DNA of 64,000 bases from the human T2T-CHM13v2.0 reference genome, Homo sapiens: assembly GCF_009914755.1 (NCBI RefSeq), contig NC_060941.1; one strand, given 5' to 3'. Position numbers and translations under genes: made by a program. Numbering within the stretch: position 1 is the stretch's first letter; the number at the start of each line of letters is the position of its first letter. The notes beneath the pieces were generated by a model. That model was not told the origin of the DNA. It saw only the letters and a program-made list of their open reading frames with translations, and did not search any database. Of this stretch, positions 41,343 through 55,847 are shown in pieces.

Positions 41343-41502
41343 ACCTGTGTTTTATTACTCCAGGACCAGGTAACAAACAACTAGGAACACCCTCTATGCT
41401 CTGGAGCCTATGAAATAATTCAAATTATCCAATCCACAGGAAGCCCTGGAAACCTAGCTAACCTGGCCCCATGTGCCATACTAAGCTGACCCCCACTGCT
41501 CC
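41343..41502 (+). repeat. Local partial copy of the LTR at 42205-42676
   Basis: Ungapped match to 42350-42509 (offset 1007). Confidence 0.9.
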
Positions 41503-41858
41503 ATGAATAAAAAGAAAAATGTTAAAAATGTTAAAAAATCTAAGTTACCATCCTCAGAAATCAGAAAAGAGGATACTGGAAAAAACACAAGCAGAAGAAT
41601 GTAATATCATTGAGATAATTTATTTTAAATTTTAAGACAGAAAAGCAAGAGAGAAAATTAATAAAATGAAAAGCTAAATTTTTGAAAAGATTAATAAAAT
41701 TCTATTCAGCATGGTAAAAAAGTAGAAGAGAAGGAACACAAATTTAAATATCAAGAATAAAAGATGGGATTGTACTATAGTCTTGTAAATCAAAAAGACA
41801 CCGAAGGGATACTAAAAGTATACCACAGATGACTTAATGTTTATACATTTTACAACTC

Positions 41859-42163
41859 AGCTGGGCACAGTGGCTCATACTGTAATCCCAGCATTTTGGG
41901 AGGCTGAGAAGGAAGGATTCCTTGAGGCTAGGAATCTGTGGCCAGATTGGGCAACATAGAAAGATACTGTCTTTATAAAAGATTTAAAATATTAGCCAGG
42001 CGTGGTGGCATGCACCTGTAGTCCTCACTTGGCAGGCTGAGGCAGGAGGATCACTTTAGCCCAGGAGTAGAGGCCACAGTGAGCTATAATGGCACCATTG
42101 CACTCCAACCTGGGTGAAACAGAAAATCCCTGTCTCTTAAAAAAATTAATTTAAAAATAAAAA
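41859..42163 (+). mobile_element. AluJ
   Basis: Diverged dimer with GGATCACTTTAGCCCAGGAG and GTGAGCTATAAT. Confidence 0.93.
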
Positions 42164-42204
42164 TAGATTTTTAAGGCATAAATTTGATAGATGAAATGCA
42201 CCAA

Positions 42205-42676
42205 TGTAAAATAGTTACTGAAAAAATACTGACTTGACCCACGTTGAGGACTTGGCTACAGGACAGTTAATTTCCCCTCTTGAGTAGCTGATTAAATCCA
42301 CACTCTAACCATTTCCCTTACTGGGCACTAACACTCTTGGCTACTGTGCACCTGTTTTTTATTACTCCAGGGCCAGGTAACAAACAACTAGAAACACCCT
42401 CTATGCTCTGGAGCCTATGAAATAATTCAAATTATCCAATCCACAGGAAGCCCAGGAAACCTAGCTAACTTGGCGTTATGTACCATACTAAGCAGACCCC
42501 TACTGTTTCGGCTCACTGTTACCCTGTCCCTGGGAGCAATTCCTTTTGTGGCCCTGCCTGGCAGCCTTCTGTCATTTGGAGCTGTAAGTAACAAAGAGCT
42601 ATATGTTTCATCTAACATGCCTAGTGTCACTGTGTTGTGTCCTACCATCCAAAAGATCCTACAATCTTATAAAACA
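42205..42676 (+). mobile_element. ERVL-class solo LTR (MER54/73/74 group)
   Basis: TG...CA ends, TSD ACCAA/ATCAA, CCAGGGCCAGGTAACAAACAACTAG...AATTCAAATTATCCAATCC. Confidence 0.7.
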
Positions 42677-43460
42677 ATCAATCCTTAAAGAAAACATTAG
42701 CTACTGAAACTCATTTAAAAATAAATGATCCAAAGAATAATATTATAGCTATTAAATAAATCAAATCCATAATTAAAATCCTTCAAAAACAAAAACAAAA
42801 AACCTCCAGATCCTAGGTGGTTTCACTAGCAAGTTCTACCAAACACTTAAGGAAGAAATAACTCAAATACTACACAATATCTTCTAGTAAATGGGATAGG
42901 AGGGAAGAGTTCCCAGCTCATTTTATGAGGCTACCATTACTTTGATGCCAAAACTAGACAAAAGCATTAAAAGACAGGAAGCCCATACACCAGTATCACT
43001 TATGAACCTAGATGGAATAATCCTCCATAAAATGTCACAAATTGAATTCACCATTTAGAAAACATATAACATATATAATATATGCATGCTATCAACTGAG
43101 ACTTAGCTCAGGAATCCAAGGATGGTTCAACCTTCAAAAATCAGTATAATTCACCATATTAGCAGAATAAAAGAAAAAAAAATCTCAAAAGATGTGAAAA
43201 ATAGAAATAGCATTTGACAGGGCTTAAGATTTACTTAGCATAAGAACTCAGCAGGCTAGGAATATTAGAGGACTTCCTAAACATGATACAGGGCATACAT
43301 AGGAATTAAAAAAAATAAGCTAACATTATGAAAGCATGTGTGTATTCCTTCTAAGATCAGGGACAAGGAAGGCATGTGCCCCCTTTCTACTCCTAGTCAT
43401 CATTGTATTGGAAGTCCTAGCCAATGAAATAACACAAGAAAATGAAATAAAAGAAATATA

Positions 43461-43810
<350 letters not shown>

Positions 43811-46800
43811 CTATTTGCAATATCATTTACACAAAAAAGTCCCAAGGATTCTATAGATACTTGTCAAATTAATAAGTAACTTTTGCTGTGCCACAAAGTT
43901 GCAGTGAGTGTACAAAAATCAATTATATTTCTATATACTGGCAAGAAACATTTCAAAATTGAAAATTTTTAAAAAGTACCTTTTACGATAACAATTTTAA
44001 AAAATGACTTGGGAAACATAAATCTAACAAATATGTACAGAAGCAGTATGCCGAAAACTCTAAAACAATGAAAGACATCAAAGACCCAAATAAATGGAAA
44101 TATATGCCATACTCTTAAATTAAATAAATTTAAATGGAATGGAAATATATACCATATTTTTAAATTAGAGGACTCATTATTGTTTAAAAAATCAACTCTC
44201 CTCCAAATGACACATATATTCTGTTACATACAGATTCAAAATTTCAACATTATTTTTGTAGATTTTAGTTAATCTTATTCTCAAATTTCTATGAAAAGTT
44301 AAGAAAATAGAAAAGCCAAAGCAATTTTGAAAAAGAGCAAAGTTGGAAGATTCATAGTATCTTATTTCAGTGCTTTCTATAATGGTACATTAATCAAGAC
44401 AATGTCACATTTTTGAAAAATAGACATATGGATCAATGAGACAGAACAAAATTCATAAACGAACAAGTACAAATGTATTGTTTTTGACAAAATTATAAAT
44501 CCAGTTCAATGCATAAAGTATAGCACGTTTAACAAATGATGTTGGAATAACAACAAATGCTGTTGGGACATCATATGCACTAAAATGAACCTTAGCCCAC
44601 ATCTCACCCGTAAACAAAAATTAATTCATAATGGTTCATTATAATAACAATATAAACAAATGCTGTTGGGACATCATTAGCCCATACCTCACCCTTAAAC
44701 AAAAATTAAATCATAATGGTTCATTGACCCAAGTGTAACCCTAAAAGTATACAACTTTCTGAAGAAAATACAGGAAAAAATCCTTTGTGAACTTCGGCCA
44801 GGCAAAATGTTTCTTATAGTATACCAAAAGCATATTCTATTAAATGGGAAAAAATGGTAAAATGGGTATCAAAATTAAACATGTCTATTATCTGAATAAA
44901 ACTAAAAGTGAAAAAAAAGCACAAGCTGCTGACTGGTAGAAAATATTTGTAAATCATAAATCCTTCAAGTCTTTGTGTTTAGAACACACATAGAGACATC
45001 ATAGATAATATATATAAACTCAATAATAAAAAAACAGACAATCCAATTAAAAAGTGAGCAAAAACTTTAAACAAACACTTCAAAGAAGGTATGTGAACTG
45101 CAAATAAGCACCTGAAAAGATGACTAACAGAATTAGTCATTAGGAAATGCAAATTAAGCCACAATGAGATACTACTACATACACATTAGAAGCGCAAGAA
45201 ACAAAAATAAACAAACATGAATGCCTGGCAATACCAAGTGCGTGAGGATGCAGAGGAACTGGGACTCGGCTGCATTGCTGGTGGGGTTGCAAAATCATAC
45301 AGCAACTTAAAAAAAAAACAGTTTGACTGTTTCTTATAAAAGTAATTATATACTTACCACGTGAATTGGCAAACCTGTTCCTAAGTATTTATTCAAGAGA
45401 AATGAAAATGTATCATCATACTAAAACCTGGACAATGAATAGTGTTAGTGGCTTGACTAAAATCACCATGAACTGGAAACAACTCAAATGTCCTTCAGCC
45501 TGGGAATGGATTCATGAACTGTAGTGCATCCATACAATGGAATATTATTCAGTAATGAAAAACATGAACTATTGATGAATGCAATGACATGGATGAATCT
45601 CAAATGCATTCATTATGTAGTCTTAGAGGTCAGTGCACTATATGATTATATTTAAATGGCATTCTGGAAATCGATCAGTGGCTGCAAGGGTATGAGGTTG
45701 AGGAGAGGGATTAACTGCAAAGGGACTAGGTTAGAGAAGTTTTTGAGATCATGAAAATGTGTTTAGTTTGTGGTGACAGTTAAATAATTTTTAATTTTTG
45801 TCAAATTTTTATTACTATCAAAAATAGTAAATTTTACTGTATACAAATTTAAAAATAAGATAAAGCCATGCTTCATTACTACCACTTCATACTGTCAGTA
45901 ACCCATTCCCATTGAAAATGAATATTCGCTGCATGTGTACCTGGATTTTGTAGGTATCTTTCCACCTTCCCGTGGAGCATTAAACATTGCTCACTGGATA
46001 AGTCAAGAATTAGAGTGATGATCTGGTTTGTAATTGTCCTTTTTATGTTCTAAATAGACTAATTTTATATTCCCCAAGTCCTTTCCTAAGATGGATGGCT
46101 CCAGTAAATCTCTCACTCCTTCGTTCCATTTCCAGTAACACGAACAACCTGCGTTTTCCTACATCCGCCCCACCCTAAGGCAAAGACAACCTCCTACGGG
46201 GACCAGCTTCTTGGTGGGAATAGGATGTTTCCACCTCCCATTGTATATTGACACTTGCTATGTTTCTTGCCATAAATCACTTGATGACATCACATTGTTG
46301 CTATAAATCCATGAACAAATAAGCTATCCTTCCATTAGGGAACATAAAATGGTCCATTTTCAGACTCAGTCTGCATACTGTTTATGGGTTGCTTGCTGCT
46401 TTCAGGGTTTTTACAAGAGAACATCCACTGTTTCTTTCTGGCCCTACTCCAGAGAGCTATGTTAATATTGCCCACTTTCCAAGATATTTGGTGAGAACAC
46501 GGCATAACGGAGCCACATTTTCCATCAGGGACCTGCACCACATTTTCGTCTCTATTTCCCAGACAAATTAAACCCGCTGTTTTATGAGCTTCTTCAAAAG
46601 CACTGCACAGTAGCTCACTTTATTGAATATGGATACTACTTCCACTCGGAAAAGGAATCCTAAGATAACAGGACCTAGAGCTTAGAAATTCTAGAGCACA
46701 GTAATTATTAACTTCAGATATTAAGTTTAGGATCTGATCCTGAATTATTTAACTTCCTTAGAGGAAGTGAGGCAATGGGCTAATCTATGTCATTGGAATT

Positions 46801-47336
46801 GAAGATACCATGATCTCAAATATATTATCTGCTTACACAGGGGATGAAAATGGAATCTACAAGCATCAAGCATCAAGCGGGGGATAAATTCTTATGTCAT
46901 CCATTCTTTCATTTTTTTAATTTGAGATGGAAAATAATGCTCTAGTCTCAGCAACCTCAACATTCAGCTCTGTAATTTTCTTTTATGTTTTTCAGGTCAG
47001 GAGTTTGGTTAAGGATTTTAACCTAGGAGTAAGTTGGAGTGACAATAACTCAAATAACTCAAAGAATTGAGAATTTGAATTGCTCAAAGAAGAAACAGAT
47101 GTATGTATTTACAGATATATATTTGGATGTATAGATAGAACTACATATATGTATCTATAGATACATAGTATATGTATGTATTTATTTATAGAAACAAAAA
47201 TCTACATATAATATTTTAACTTTTTACTTATTAACCCTTTCAGTTATTATTGCTAGATTATCCAGGTCAATGCTTAGTTTTTATTTTGGTTTGTTTGTTT
47301 TCTTTTCTTGTTGTCCAAATTAAATTATTTAGGTAT

Positions 47337-47655
<319 letters not shown>

Positions 47656-47944
47656 CTAATTACTTCTGTGGTTCTTAGTTTCCACTTTTATTTAGCAAAA
47701 AGCAATTATAGTAATACTAAATAAAATATGCTAAATTCATTATGATATGATAAGTAGGATTGTAAGTGTGTTGCATATGTTTTCTCATTTTAAAGACAAC
47801 AATTCTCTGGGGTATGGATTATCATTATTATTCTTATTTTGTAGATTAGGAAAATGAACAACAGAAAATTGGGCGACTATCTAACCTTGCTCAACTTGTA
47901 AGAGGAGGGTCTTGATTTCAAATGCATGTCTGACTTTAAGAAGC

Positions 47945-48017
47945 TTCCTTTCCTCCCCTCGCCTCCCCTCCCCTCCCCTCCCCTCCTCTCTCCTCTCCTC
48001 TCCTTTCCTTTCCTTTC

Positions 48018-48020
<3 letters not shown>
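47945..48020. repeat. Compound pentanucleotide microsatellite (CCCCT/CTCCT/CTTTC) in the Alu tail
   Basis: Graded 5-mer units continuous with the T-tail of the reverse Alu. Confidence 0.9.
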
Positions 48021-48318
<298 letters not shown>

Positions 48319-50277
48319 GGGAGCATTATTTTCAAAACAATCCAATACTGACCCCATTTTACTAATAATTTAAACAAAAAGAATGGTAAATTCTTTACCC
48401 AATATTTATTGGGAAAATAAATACTTTACTGTGTTTGAAAAAAAACAGTGATATGCAACTTTACTTTGGATAAAGCTTTGTTGATGTTGTTTTTAATTGA
48501 GAATCAATAATGTAAGATATCATGCTTATGAGTTGGTAAAGCAAATCACAGAGTGCAAGATACATGCATTGATTTATTGGTGAGTCTTGAATGGTTTGAT
48601 ATTTGGTAGAAATTTCATCTGCTACTAAAATGACAATTAAATTATTTAGGTTTCAAAAGCATAATACCACAATCCTGTAAAAATATCACCTTGGACAAAT
48701 TAGGGAGTTAGGAATAATTAGGTAAAGGTTTTTGGTTAACTGCCACCTTGATTACTGGTCTTAGGATATTTCAGGTATTTTTGAATTGCAACTATTTGAG
48801 AAGCCATTGGTTTTTGTTATAGAGTAATTAACTTAGTGGGCAGCTCCAAAAGTGGGGTAGGGAGTTAGCTTCTGACTGACAGAGGGAACTTATGCACACT
48901 AATTGCAATGAAAGATGGTCATCCTAACTTCTCAAAACTGATAGAGAAGCTAAGGACATGTGCCAAATTAGAACAGTAGCTGTGAAAGCTGAGTTTATCC
49001 CAAGACTGAAAGAAACGAAACAAGTGATTAATGAATGTGCTATTAAGGCAACCAAAAATGTCAGGCACAAAAAGATCAAGAATAACTGTCAGGTTCTAGA
49101 GGCCCAGAGTTTCCAAGTCTCCAAGAGGGGTAAAGGCAATGATTAAATATTATTTCAATACTATAATGTAAAAAGCTCAAAAGGAATAAAGAAAACATAT
49201 CCAGCTTAAATGGTTTCCTTCACATTTGTAAAGCTAGATCCAATATCAAATAACCTCCAAGGATATAGCAAATGACTTGAAATTTCATTACGCGGGATCA
49301 GAGGAGCATTTGGAGTCTATATACATAGAGAAGGATAAGAAGCAGTTACTTTAAGAATGAAGAGTCTTCCTACTTCTAGAGAGAGTGGAACTCTAATGCT
49401 TTAGGATAAAAGTTTGAGTATCTCTGTGCACCATCTAGATCTTTAAGATTTATACATATATGCATACACCGTAAATCACGTAGATAATCTGATAAAAGCT
49501 ATTGATCATCTCCCCAGAAAAAGTATCCACCTACTCAAATATTTGTCATAATTCTGTTCCACGGATTTGAGATGTTCAAGAAATCCCTTGCATGAAGAAC
49601 CCTTACAATAAAGCAATTTAGAATCTGCATTTGTCTACTTCCTTTCTTGCAAATTATGCTAGTGTACCTTAAATCATTTTGTCCTTTTGTTGAATTAATC
49701 TATTTATGGTAGTAAAACTGCCTTTTACATCTACAAGGCCATTGTGGACTACGAGAAGTAAAATCTGGGCAATACATAGTACAACTAAAAGTGTAGTCTT
49801 CGCTGTCAGTTACACGTTTAAATAGATCTACCTCCATATTCTAACTCTGGAAATGTGAGCGATGTAGTTAAATTTTTAATTTTCAGTGTTCTCACCTATC
49901 AAAGGAGGATTACGTCTTTCATGGATCTTAGTTAGGTTTAAATAAGATATATTTGATGCCTAGTTACTTCTCTGGTACATACTAGGTACTCAAATAAATG
50001 TAGACAGTTACTACTAGTCCAAACTTTATGTTTGTGGTGTGTGTGCATGTGTGTGTAATCCCATATGGTGAGAGTACTCTTCTCTCTCATGAGCATATTA
50101 AAAAGAAGTATATAAAATTTCAGGAAATGCAATCCCTTTGTGACTTTGCACTGAAGAAACTAAGACATTTTACTGCCCTTTAGGTTAGGTGGTGGTGTGG
50201 GAGTCGGGGTTGAGATGGGGGAGTTCCCCCATTCCAAAAAATTGAAGTAGAAATATTTGTTTTGTTCCACATACATA

Positions 50278-50349
50278 CCCCACCACCACCACTACCACCA
50301 CCAACAACAACAACAGCAAAGAAACACACACACACACACACACACACAC
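50278..50349. repeat. Compound (CAC)n(CAA)n(CA)n microsatellite
   Basis: Direct reading. Confidence 0.9.
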
Positions 50350-53284
50350 TCAAAACTAAAACACATGGAAGAACCCTAGATAATTAAAGGACATTCCAAA
50401 GGTCAGAAAATTGGCAAGGTGGCCCAGATTTGCAGGTAGAAATAGGTTGTTCCTACAGTAAAATTTAAAGTAAATGTGTGCAAGAGAAACTTCTGAAAAT
50501 CCCATTTACAATTGCCTTATTTTTTATTTCAAATAGTCCAGTAAACTAACACTAATGAAAAGATTCACATAGAAGTATAGCAAACTGAGGGCACTCAGCT
50601 GTGATGCTGGTAGCAAAGAGATTGGAGATGAGCAGACTTAATGGTGAAGACTAAGAAGGGGGATCCCTGGTAGGCACAGTGATAGCCAGCTGATAGCACA
50701 GCCAGCTGATGACGGCCATCCATTCCTGGGGCCCCTGTCCCACAATTTCCAATTCAAATTGACACAGGAAAAGTCATAACCATGGTTCTGCTGTATGCTT
50801 TCCATGTGAAGATAATTCTAAAATCCTACCACGGCAAGGACGCCATTGACGTTTTTATTCGAGGGAGAAATACTCTACAATGTTTGATTTTATGTACCTC
50901 TAAGTAGGTAGGTTCCTGGAGCTGCAGAAGAATTGTCCTATACCTCACTTTAAATTAAGATTTAATTGTGACAGGCGACAAGGGTCACGTGTCTGTCCTT
51001 AAAGGTGTCTGTCCACCTTTAAGATTTAATTCAGTGCCTTGGGTGTGTTGTTTTTCATATTTGTGGACCAAAGTGATTGCCCTGAGTACTGGAGAAAGCA
51101 GAATGGCTATACCGTAGTTCATCAAATAGCTGTCAGCCTAAATATGCCCCAAATAGTGTTTTCTTACTGAGGCTTCATTTTGGCCTAAATCTTGTTCCAA
51201 GACCCCAGTCTTTTGACAGGAAAGCCTTATATGCCAAGTATCAGCAAGGAAACATAATTATTACTAAAATTGAAGCAGGTACTATTAAATCTTTTCATTT
51301 CAATTTGGAAATATAAGATGAAGGGTTTAATATTAACTCAAACAGTCAGTTTCAACTAGATCACTGTGTTTTACAGCTAATAGCATTAAGACATCACTAA
51401 TACAGCTTCTCAAAAAACAAGTGTGGTATTATAGTTAGTCCAAGTAGACAGATTCTACAATGATTTGATTATATTTATATGTTTTCTTGCAAACTCCAGT
51501 GGTATTTCTCAAAATTTTTAGGTGTCAACATATGGTTTCAATTTCTCTGAAATATATAGCATAGCTTGTTCTCAGAGAAAATGCTGCCAAACAGGACTTG
51601 TAAATGTATCTTGAGGTGAAACTTAACATCTCGTCTTTTCCTATAAGGCTCCTTGGCTAATGCCTGCATAACCGCCGCAGATGGAAAATCACACCATTAC
51701 CCAAATGAAGTTTTCTCAACCGAAAAGGGAAACAGGTTTCCCTTTCTTATACACACTGACCTATACTCTAACAGAATTTTTTTAGTATAAAAATTATAGA
51801 CACTCACTTAAGAATTTTGACTATAAAAATATAGACATTTCGCTTATTTAAATACTTGCCTTTGTGATAAATTTCATAACAATTCAGACTAAAGGAATCA
51901 GGCTACCAAAATTAACAAAATCATTTATTTTCAGTAGAAAAAAATTGTCAAATCATTCTTGGCATGCTGTAGCTCCAAAAACAGAAAAGAAAAAAAAAGG
52001 TTTTGTTTGATTTCTGTATTGCCAGAACTTCTGATTATGCTGTATTTCCTGGTGCACTAAATATTTTTACCGAATTATTTATCTTTATGGTACATTTCAT
52101 ATTCACTATTTGTGTATTTACTTAATACACATTTAAATGTTTTCTATGTATTTTTAGCGTGTGCATGGGTATGGACATATACATACATAATATGTTTATA
52201 TCTGTTTTTATAAAAATAAAACTCTGTAATGTAAATTTAAAAATTCAATTTCATACCTGCATGTTTTGTCTGTATTATAAACCCAATCCAAATAGTGGAT
52301 GAATCTAGTTTTATACCTACTAACATGTTGTAGACATTTTCTCAAATAATAAATTATCAGGGAACATGAAGTTTGTTTGTCTCATAGGTTTTGTATAGCT
52401 TAAGCCCTGGTATAATATGTGCATACCCATTATTGATAAAGATGGAACATGGTCCATATAAGGAAAATATTTCTCTTTTTTTGAATTTATGGAAAGAAGG
52501 TAATATTAATGAGAAACAGGGATATTTTTATCTATGAGGTTTTCCCCTAAGTTCCAATGATTATCTTGAAGTCATAAACAATCCAGCAGTCCATTAAACC
52601 GTATCCCTAAATTATTCAAGATTTTCATGGTTGGCCACCTTCACACTATTATTATTTTGTCTCATACCAATGATGTTTATAAAATATGTATATAGAAACA
52701 GACTAAATAGAACTAGACAATGCTATGCTCCAGTGAGACCAGAGCTCACTCAGTGCAGTTCCCTTATTGATACTAGGAACGAACTGCAAGAAGACCAAAA
52801 CTCCAGTTACTTTTATTCAGTTATAAAAGTAACAGAGACTATATGTAGAAAAAATTAAAAAACATAAATAAACCAAAAAAGACATTAAAACATATATGTC
52901 AGTACATCAAAATGTGCAACTATTAATACATGTGTTCCTGTCCTCTTTTAAGCAAACTACATCCATAACCTACGTATTATTGTTAAAGTATACAGAGGGA
53001 TCAGTAACATTTTTCCATGCCAATAAATACATTTCAGGGTTTGTTTGCTTGCTTATTTGTTGCAGTATCATGTCTAATTAATTACCGGTATGTTTCTGGA
53101 ACACACTAAGTTGTATTTACAAAAACTTGGACTTTTAGTTTATTTCTGACTTTATAGTTATTTTCTTATTTTTAAAAACTTACAATAAAAAGATTAGTAT
53201 AGAATGTTTACTGTGTGTCCAATACAGTGCTTAGTGCCCTGCTTGCATGATGTGGTTTAGACACACTACACCTTGGAGCCAAAT

Positions 53285-53458
53285 ACAGGTCACTGCCAAT
53301 TTTTGTAAAGCCACACCCAATTTGTTTACACATTTGTCTATGGTTGCTTTCAAGTTACAATGGCAGAGTTGAGTAGTTGCAAAAGAAAGACCATCTGGCT
53401 CACAAAACCTAAAATGTTTACTCTCTGGCTCTTCACAGAAAATGTGTGTTCACCTCTG
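53285..53458. mobile_element. MER58A fragment
   Basis: CTATGGTTGCTTTCAAGTTACAATGGCAGAGTTGAGTAGTTGC...AAAATGTTTACTCTCTGGC. Confidence 0.8.
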
Positions 53459-53461
53459 ATA

Positions 53462-53672
53462 TTACTCCAATAGGACTTGCAGTTATGATGGAAATATTCT
53501 ATATCCACTCTTTCTCATATGGGAGCCAGTATCTATACGTGACTATTGAGCACTTAAAATGTGGCTGGTGTGACTGCAGGCCTGAATTTCTAACCTGATT
53601 TGGTTTTGATTGATTTAAATTTAAATTTAAACACCCTATGTGTCTTGTGGCTCCTCTAATGGATGTCACAAA
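53462..53672. mobile_element. MER3 (hAT-Charlie)
   Basis: TGATGGAAATATTCTATAT...GTGACTATTGAGCACTTAAAATGTGGCTGGTGTGACTG. Confidence 0.8.
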
Positions 53673-54346
53673 TATAGAGGTTCTAGTCTGTCAAATTCCA
53701 AAGCCCATACTCTTAATGATGTTATGTATGAGAATTTCTGGAAGGCTAAAATTTAGTAGGTCAATATTTAGTAGCTACACCTTTTGTAGTTGCCATTATT
53801 TTTGCACTGAATTTCAGTGAATTTAGCATTATATAGCAAGTAATCAAAGCTGTTCTTATTTTAACAATTAAAGTTATTAACAATAAAAGCTACTTAAAAT
53901 AACCACATGAAAGGCTGAAAAGAAATAATAACTTTTTTCCTGAACAAAATCAGAGTTATATTTTGCAACACTCAGATATATTGTTACATATGTTGCTACT
54001 AGTATCTGTTATTCTCATTTATTTAATAGAATAACTATTCATAGAAAACAGACAATTTCGGGGTTGCTCCCAGAATAATAAACCAGAGAAATATGAAATG
54101 TTTTTCAATCAGCTTTAGCTTTAAGTAAAGCAGATTATTTTAGCAAAAAAGCTGTTTTTTTTTAGATTCAGTTATTAATAAAACCAAAAAGGTTGCTTTT
54201 TCTCCTAGATTCAGGTACTAACATGACTTGTTAGGAGAAGCTGAGAGGAGGTAGATTAATAGTTATTTTCTCCCATCAGCAACCAGGGCTACATTATAAT
54301 TTTTATGATTCTGGGCACTTTGTCTTAAACATGCCCTTCTTCCATT

Positions 54347-54514
54347 AAAAGAGAAAAGGAAGGAGGGAATGAGGGAAGGAAGGAAGGAAGGAAGGGAAAG
54401 AAAGAAAGAAAAAGAAAGAAAGAAAAAGGAAGAAAGAAGAAAGAAAGAAAGAAAGAAGGAAGGAAGGAAGGAAGGAAGGAAGGAAGGAAGGAAGGAAGGA
54501 AGGGAGAGTGGGAG
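54347..54514. repeat. Polypurine microsatellite including (GGAA)11
   Basis: GAAA and GGAA runs; 11 consecutive GGAA at 54458-54501. Confidence 0.95.
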
Positions 54515-54869
54515 GGAATTAGTTCATTCTTACTGCTAATAAAAACATACCTGAGACTGGGTAATTTATAAAGAAAAAGAGGTTTAATGGATTCACAGTT
54601 CCACATGGCTGGGGAGGACTCACAATCATGGTGGAAGGCAAAGGAGGAACAAAGGCATGTCTTACATGGTGGCTGGCAAGGGAGCTTGTGCAGGGGAACT
54701 CTCATTTACAAAACCATCAGATCTCATGAGACTTATTGGCTACCACAAGAACAGCATGGGGGAAACTGCCCCCATGATTTAATTATCTTCACCTGGCCCT
54801 GTCCTTGACACATGGAGATTATTACAATTCAGGGTGAGATTTGGGTGGAGATGTGGCCAAAGCATATCA
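54515..54869 (-). mobile_element. THE1 (THE1C-like) solo LTR inserted in the polypurine tract
   Basis: ACATACCTGAGACTGGGTAATTTATAAAG...CAAAGCATATCA; TSD GGGAG/GGGAG. Confidence 0.92.
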
Positions 54870-55322
54870 GGGAGTAAGGAAGGAAGGAAGAAAAGAAGGA
54901 GAGATGGAGGGAAGAAGGAAGGAAAAAAGGAAGGGAGAAAGGGAGGGTTGAAGAGAGGAAGGAAGGAAGGAAGGAAGAAGGAAGGAAGGAGGAAGGAGGG
55001 AGGGAGGGAGGAAGGAAGGAAGGAAAGAGGAAAGGAAGTAAAGGAGGGAGGGAGGAAGAAAAAAGAGGGATGGGGATGGGAGAAAGGAAGAAGACGGAGG
55101 GAAGAAGAAAGGAAGGAAGAGAGGGTGGAAGGAGGGAAGAAGGTGGAGGGAGGAAGGGAGCAAGGAAGGAAGGAGGGAGTGAGAGAAGGAAAGGGAGGGA
55201 GGGAGGAAAAGAAGGGGAGGGAGGGAGGAAAAGAAGGGGAGGGAGGGAGGGAGGAAAAGAAGGGGAGGGAGGGAGGGAGGGAGGAAGGAAAGAAGGAAGG
55301 AAGGAAGGAAAGGAAAGGGAGG
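54870..55322. repeat. Polypurine (GGAA/GGGA) low-complexity tract
   Basis: About 450 bp almost entirely G/A, with repeated GGAGGAAAAGAAGGGGAGGGAG units. Confidence 0.95.
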
Positions 55323-55367
55323 TTGGCCAAATCTTTTCAATGATTAAGACACAGCTACCATGTTCAG

Positions 55368-55632
55368 GAGAGGCTGTGTGATGCAGTGGGTAGCCCCAGG
55401 CACTGAAGCCAGGCTACTCTGGTTTGAATTCTCATTGTCTCACTTCACAGCCATGCCTTGGGCATATTACCACTCCTTGTGGAGCCTGTGATTTCATTTG
55501 TGAAATAGGCATTATAGTCCCTAGTCCCATTTGGTTTTTGTTGAGGCATAAACAAGTTATAAATGTCAGCTCTTCGAAAAGTGCCTGGTACATACATAGT
55601 AAGCACTGCCTAAGTGTTAGCTCTTATTGTTA
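55368..55632 (+). mobile_element. MIR
   Basis: GAAGCCAGGCTACTCTGGTTTGAATTCTC...GTGCCTGGTACATACATAGTAAGCACT. Confidence 0.8.
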
Positions 55633-55847
55633 GTAATACCCCTTCTGCAGATAGAAGGATGGTTGCAACACAAGCCTGGCCCCTGAGGAGCTACCTCCAA
55701 TTCAAGGATCTCTTCCATCTCTTAGGCTGACTTCAACTGATAGTCGTGGCTGATTGGGTTGATTGTTGGAAATTCTGAGGTTGTTATTCAAGTTCAGAGA
55801 AAAAGAGCGTCTTCAGAACACAAAAGGAATGTGGTCACATGTATCTG

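Noticed and set aside
54779-55381. 103-183 aa ORFs on both strands
   Set aside because: Polypurine/polypyrimidine low-complexity translations.
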